This document shows, in pieces, positions 58,901-64,000 of a stretch of DNA of 64,000 nt. The stretch is from Eledone cirrhosa (Eukaryota), in NCBI GenBank assembly GCA_964016885.1, contig OZ024744.1, positions 28,892,001 through 28,956,000 on the forward strand, given 5' to 3'. The notes beneath the pieces were generated by a model, which worked only from the letters and a program-made list of their open reading frames with translations, had not been told where the DNA came from and searched no databases. The translations under genes were made by a program, and so were the position numbers. Each line of letters starts with the position of its first letter. The first letter of the stretch is position 1.

Positions 58901-61900
58901 GTCCACACTCTAAAGTAGTCGTGTAGGTATCACAGCAAAAAAACCCAGTCCACACTGTAAAGTAACCATGTAGGTGTCACAACAAAAATCACCCACTCCA
59001 CACTGTAAAGTAGTCATGTAGGTGTCACAATAAAAAGTACCCAGTCCACACTGTAAAGTTGTCATGTAGGTGCCAAAACGAGAAAGTACCCAGTCCACAC
59101 TGTAAAGTAGTCGTGTAGGTGTCACAACAAAAAGCACCCATTCCACACTGTAAAGTGGTCATGTAGGTGTCTCAACAAAAAGTACACAGTTCACACTGTA
59201 AAGTAGTCATGTAGAGGTCACAACAAAAAGCACCCAGTCCACACTGTAAAGTGATCATGTAGGTGTCACAATAAAAAGTACCCAGTCCACACTGTAAAGT
59301 GGTCATGTAGGTGTCACAACAAAAAACACCCATTCCACACTGTAAAGTGGTCATGTAGGTGTCTCAACAAAAAGTACACAGTCCACACTGTAAAGTAGTC
59401 ATGTAGGTGTCACAACAAAAAGCACCCAGTCCACACTGTAAAGTAGTCATGTAGGTGTCACAACAAAAAGTACCCACTCCACACTGTAAAGTAGTCTTGT
59501 AGGTGTCACAACAAAAAGTACCCAGTCCACACTGTAGAGTGGTCATGTAGGTGCCACAACAAGAAAGTACCCAGTCCACACTGTAAAGTAGTCGTGTAGG
59601 TATCACAGCAAAAAAAAACCCAATCCACACTGTAAAGTATCCATGTAGGTGTCACAACAAAAAAAAACCCAGTCCACACTGTAAAGTAGCCATGTAGGTG
59701 TCACAACAAAAATCCCCCAGTCCACACGGTAAAGTGGTCATTTAGGTGTCATATCAAAGAGGAACCCAGTCTAAACTGTAAAGTAGTCATGTAGAGGTCA
59801 CAACAAAAACACCCAGTCCACACTATAAAGTAGTCATGAAGATGTCACAACAAAAAGCCCCCAGTACACATTGTAAAGTAGTCATGTAGGTGTCACAACA
59901 AAAAGCACCCAGTCCACACTGAAAAGTAATCATGTAGGTGTCACAACAAAAAGCACCCAGTCCACACTATAAAGTGGTCATTTAGGTGTCATAACAAAAT
60001 GTACCCAAACCACACTGTAAGGTGGTCATGTAGGTGTCACAACAAAAAGCACCCAGTCACACTGTAAAGTAGTCATGTAGGTGTCACAACTAAAAGCACC
60101 CACTCCACACTGTAAAATAGTCATGTAGTTGACACAACAAAAAGCACCCACTCCCCACTGTAAAGTATTCATGTAGGTGCCACAACAAAAGCACCCAGTC
60201 CACACTGCAAAGTTGTCATGTAGGTGTCACAACAAAAAGTACTCAGTCCTCACTGGAAAGTGGTCATGTAGGTGTCACAACAAAAAGCACCCAGTCCACA
60301 CTGTAAAGTAGTCATGTAGGTGTCACAACAAAATACACCCAGTCCACACTGTAAAGTAGCAATGTAGTGTCACAACAAAATACACCCAGTCCACACTGTA
60401 AAGTGATCATGTAGATGTCACAACAAAAAGTATCTAGTCAACACTGTAAAGTGGTCATGTAGGTGTCACAACAAAAAGCACCCAGTCCACACTGTAACGT
60501 GGTCATGTTGGTGTCACAACAAAAGCACCCAGCCCACACTGTAAAGTGGTCATGTAGGTGTCACAACAAAAAGTACCTAGTCCACACTGTAAAGTAGTCA
60601 TGTAGGCGTCACAACAAAAAGCACCCAGTCCACACTGTAAAGTGGTCATTTAGGTGTCACAACAAAATGTACCCAGTCCACACTGTAAAGTGGTCATGTA
60701 TGTGTCACAACAAAAAGTACCCAGTCCACACTGTAAAGTAGTCATGTAGGTGTCACAACAAAAAGCACCCAGTCCACACTGTAAAGTGGTCATGTAGGTT
60801 TTACAACAGAAAGTACCCAGTCCACACTGTAAAGTGTTAATGTAGGTGTCTCAACAAAAAGTACACAGTTCACACTGTAAAGTAGTCATGTAGAGGTCAC
60901 AACAAAAAGCACCCAGTCCACACTGTAAAGTGATCATGTAGGTGTCACAATAAAAAGTACCCAGTCCACACTGTAAAGTGGTCATGTAGGTGTCACAACA
61001 AAAAACACCCATTCCACACTGTAAAGTGGTCATGTAGGTGTCTCAACAAAAAGTACACAGTCCACACTGTAAAGTAGTCATGTAGGTGTCACAACAAAAA
61101 GCACCCAGTCCACACTGTAAAGTAGTCATGTAGGTGTCACAACAAAAAGTACCCACTCCACACTGTAAAGTAGTCTTGTAGGTGTCACAACAAAAAGTAC
61201 CCAGTCCACACTGTAGAGTGGTCATGTAGGTGCCACAACAAGAAAGTACCCAGTCCACACGGTAAAGTAGTCGTGTAGGTGTCACAACAAAAAAAAACCC
61301 AGTCCACACTGTAAAGTAGCCATGTAGGTGTCACAACAAAAATCCCCCAGTCCACACGGTAAAGTGGTCATTTAGGTGTCATATCAAAGAGGAACCCAGT
61401 CTAAACTGTAAAGTAGTCATGTAGAGGTCACAACAAAAACACCCAGTCCACACTATAAAGTAGTCATGAAGATGTCACAACAAAAAGCCCCCAGTACACA
61501 TTGTAAAGTAGTCATGTAGGTGTCACAACAAAAAGCACCCAGTCCACACTGAAAAGTAATCATGTAGGTGTCACAACAAAAAGCACCCAGTCCACACTAT
61601 AAAGTGGTCATTTAGGTGTCATAACAAAATGTACCCAAACCACACTGTAAGGTGGTCATGTAGGTGTCACAACAAAAAGCACCCAGTCACACTGTAAAGT
61701 AGTCATGTAGGTGTCACAACTAAAAGCACCCACTCCACACTGTAAAATAGTCATGTAGTTGACACAACAAAAAGCACCCACTCCCCACTGTAAAGTATTC
61801 ATGTAGGTGCCACAACAAAAGCACCCAGTGCACACTGCAAAGTTGTCATGTAGGTGTCACAACAAAAAGTACTCAGTCCTCACTGGAAAGTGGTCATGTA

Positions 61901-64000
61901 GGTGTCACAACAAAAAGCAGCCAGTCCACACTGTAAAGTAGTCATGTAGGTGTCACAACAAAATACACCCAGTCCACACTGTAAAGTAGCAATGTAGTGT
62001 CACAACAAAATACACCCAGTCCTCACTGTAAAGTGGTCATGTAGATGTCACAACAAAAAGTATCTAGTCAACACTGTAAAGTGGTCATGTAGGTGTCACA
62101 ACAAAAAGCACCCAGTCCACACTGTAACGTGGTCATGTTGGTGTCACAACAAAAGCACCCAGCCCACACTGTAAAGTGGTCATGTAGGTGTCACAACAAA
62201 AAGTACCTAGTCCACACTGTAAAGTAGTCATGTAGGCGTCACAACAAAAAGCACCCAGTCCACACTGTAAAGTGGTCATTTAGGTGTCACAACAAAATGT
62301 ACCCAGTCCACACTGTAAAGTGGTCATGTATGTGTCACAACAAAAAGTACCCAGTCCACACTGTAAAGTAGTCATGTAGGTGTCACAACAAAAAGCACCC
62401 AGTCCACACTGTAAAGTGGTCATGTAGGTTTTACAACAGAAAGTACCCAGTCCACACTGTAAAGTGTTAATGTAGGTGTCACAACAAAAAGCACCCAGTC
62501 CACATTGTAAAGTAGTCATGTAGGTGTCACAACAAAATACACCCAGTCCACACTGCAAAGTAGCCATGTATGTGTCACAACAAAAAGTACCTAGTCCACA
62601 CTGTAAAGTAGTCATGTGGGTGTCATAACAAAAAGCACCCAGTCCACACTGTAAATGATCATGTAGGAGACACAACAAAAAGTACCCAGTCCACACTGTA
62701 AAGTGGTCATTTAGGTGACATAAAAAAAGTACCCAGTCCACACTGTAAAGTGGTCATGTAGGAGTCAGAACAAAAAGTACCCAGTCCACACTGTAAAGTT
62801 GTCATGTAGGTGTCACAACAAAAAGTACCAAGTTCACACTGTAAAGTGGTCATGTAGGTGTCACAACAAAAAGTACCCAGTCCACACTGTAAAGTGGTCA
62901 TGTAGGTGTCACAACAAAAAGTACCCAGGCCACACTGTAAAATAGTCATGTAGGCGTCACAATAAAAGAAACCCACTCCACACTGTAAAGTGGTCATGTA
63001 GGTGTCACAACAAAATGCACCCAGTCCACACTGTAAAGTAGTCATGTAGGTGTCACAACAAAAAGTACCCAGTCCACACTGTAGAGTGGTCATGTAGGTG
63101 CCAAAACAAGAAAGTACCCAGTCCACACTGTAAAGTAGTCGTGTAGGTGTCAAAACAAAAAGCACCCATTCCACACTGTAAAGTGGTCATGTAGGTGTCT
63201 CAACAAAAAGTACCCAGTTCACACTGTAAAGTGGTTATGTAGGTGCCAAAACACGAAAGTACCCAGTCCACACTCTAAAGTAGTCGTGTAGGTATCACAG
63301 CAAAAAAACCCAGTCCACACTGTAAAGTAACCATGTAGGTGTCACAACAAAAATCACCCACTCCACACTGTAAAGTAGTCATGTAGGTGTCACAATAAAA
63401 AGTACCCAGTCCACACTGTAAAGTGGTCATGTAGGTGCCAAAACAAGAAAGTACCCAGTCCACACTGTAAAGTAGTCGTGTAGGTGTCACAACAAAAAGC
63501 ACCCATTCCACACTGTAAAGTGGTCATGTAGGTGTCTCAACAAAAAGTACACAGTCCACACTGTAAAGTAGTCATGTAGAGGTCACAACAAAAAGCACCC
63601 AATCCACACTGTAATGTGGTCATGTAGGTGTCACAATAAAAAGTACCCAGTCCACACTGTAAAGTGGTCATGTAGGTGTCAACAAAAAACACCCATTCCA
63701 CACTGTAAGGTGGTCATGTAGGTGTCTCAACAAAAAGTACACAGTCCACACTGTAAAGTAGTCATGTAGGTGTCACAACAAAAAGCACCCAGTCCACACT
63801 GTAAAGTAGTCATGTAGGTGTCACAACAAAAAGTACCCACTCCACACTGTAAAGTAGTCTTGTAGGTGTCACAACAAAAAGTACCCAGTCCACACTGTAG
63901 AGTGGTCATGTAGGTTCCAAAACAAGAAAGTACCCAGTCCACACTGTAAAGTAGTCGTGTAGGTATCACAGCAAAAAAAACCCAATCCACACTATAAAGT
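49985..64000. repeat. 48-bp minisatellite/satellite, ~290 copies, runs off window end
   Basis: Consensus CCCAGTCCACACTGTAAAGTRGTCATGTAGGTGTCACAACAAAAAGYA, head-to-tail with no spacers. The minus strand gives the 16-aa repeat MTTLQCGLGAFCCDTY. Confidence 0.97.

Noticed and set aside
50064-63990. Cys-rich repeat protein (MTTLQCGLGAFCCDTY)n
   Set aside because: Arises because 48 is a multiple of 3. Frequent 1-2 bp indels and stops break the frame every few units.
49985-64000. CRISPR array
   Set aside because: Monomers are head-to-tail with no unique spacers, there are no cas genes, and the context is eukaryotic.

Overview
Eukaryotic, repeat-dominated, nearly gene-free DNA. The SINE style, (TA)n/(TACA)n/(TG)n tracts and (GGT/TGT)n arrays suggest an invertebrate, probably a cephalopod/mollusc (inference). 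Bases ~0.4-8 kb hold four separate Penelope-like-element (PLE)-related modules, each bounded by (TA)n runs. Two are dead PLE ORFs (one 5'-truncated to thumb/linker + GIY-YIG, one near full-length RT + GIY-YIG, Nematis-like motifs) with inverted pseudo-LTRs. Two are short ORF-less modules resembling retrozymes or solo pLTRs. Reading the sequence by hand gives five type I hammerhead ribozyme motifs (four distinct sequences). Three unrelated ones share a non-canonical U-U at the base of stem II. The remaining ~55 kb is three large tandem arrays, all A/C-rich on the + strand: a ~7.3 kb pentamer-based satellite, a ~31 kb CCA/ACA triplet array with a 2519-bp tandem duplication, and a >=14 kb 48-bp minisatellite with higher-order repeats. 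The long ORFs over these arrays are judged to be low-complexity artefacts. One weak candidate host exon lies at 48184-48291 (-).
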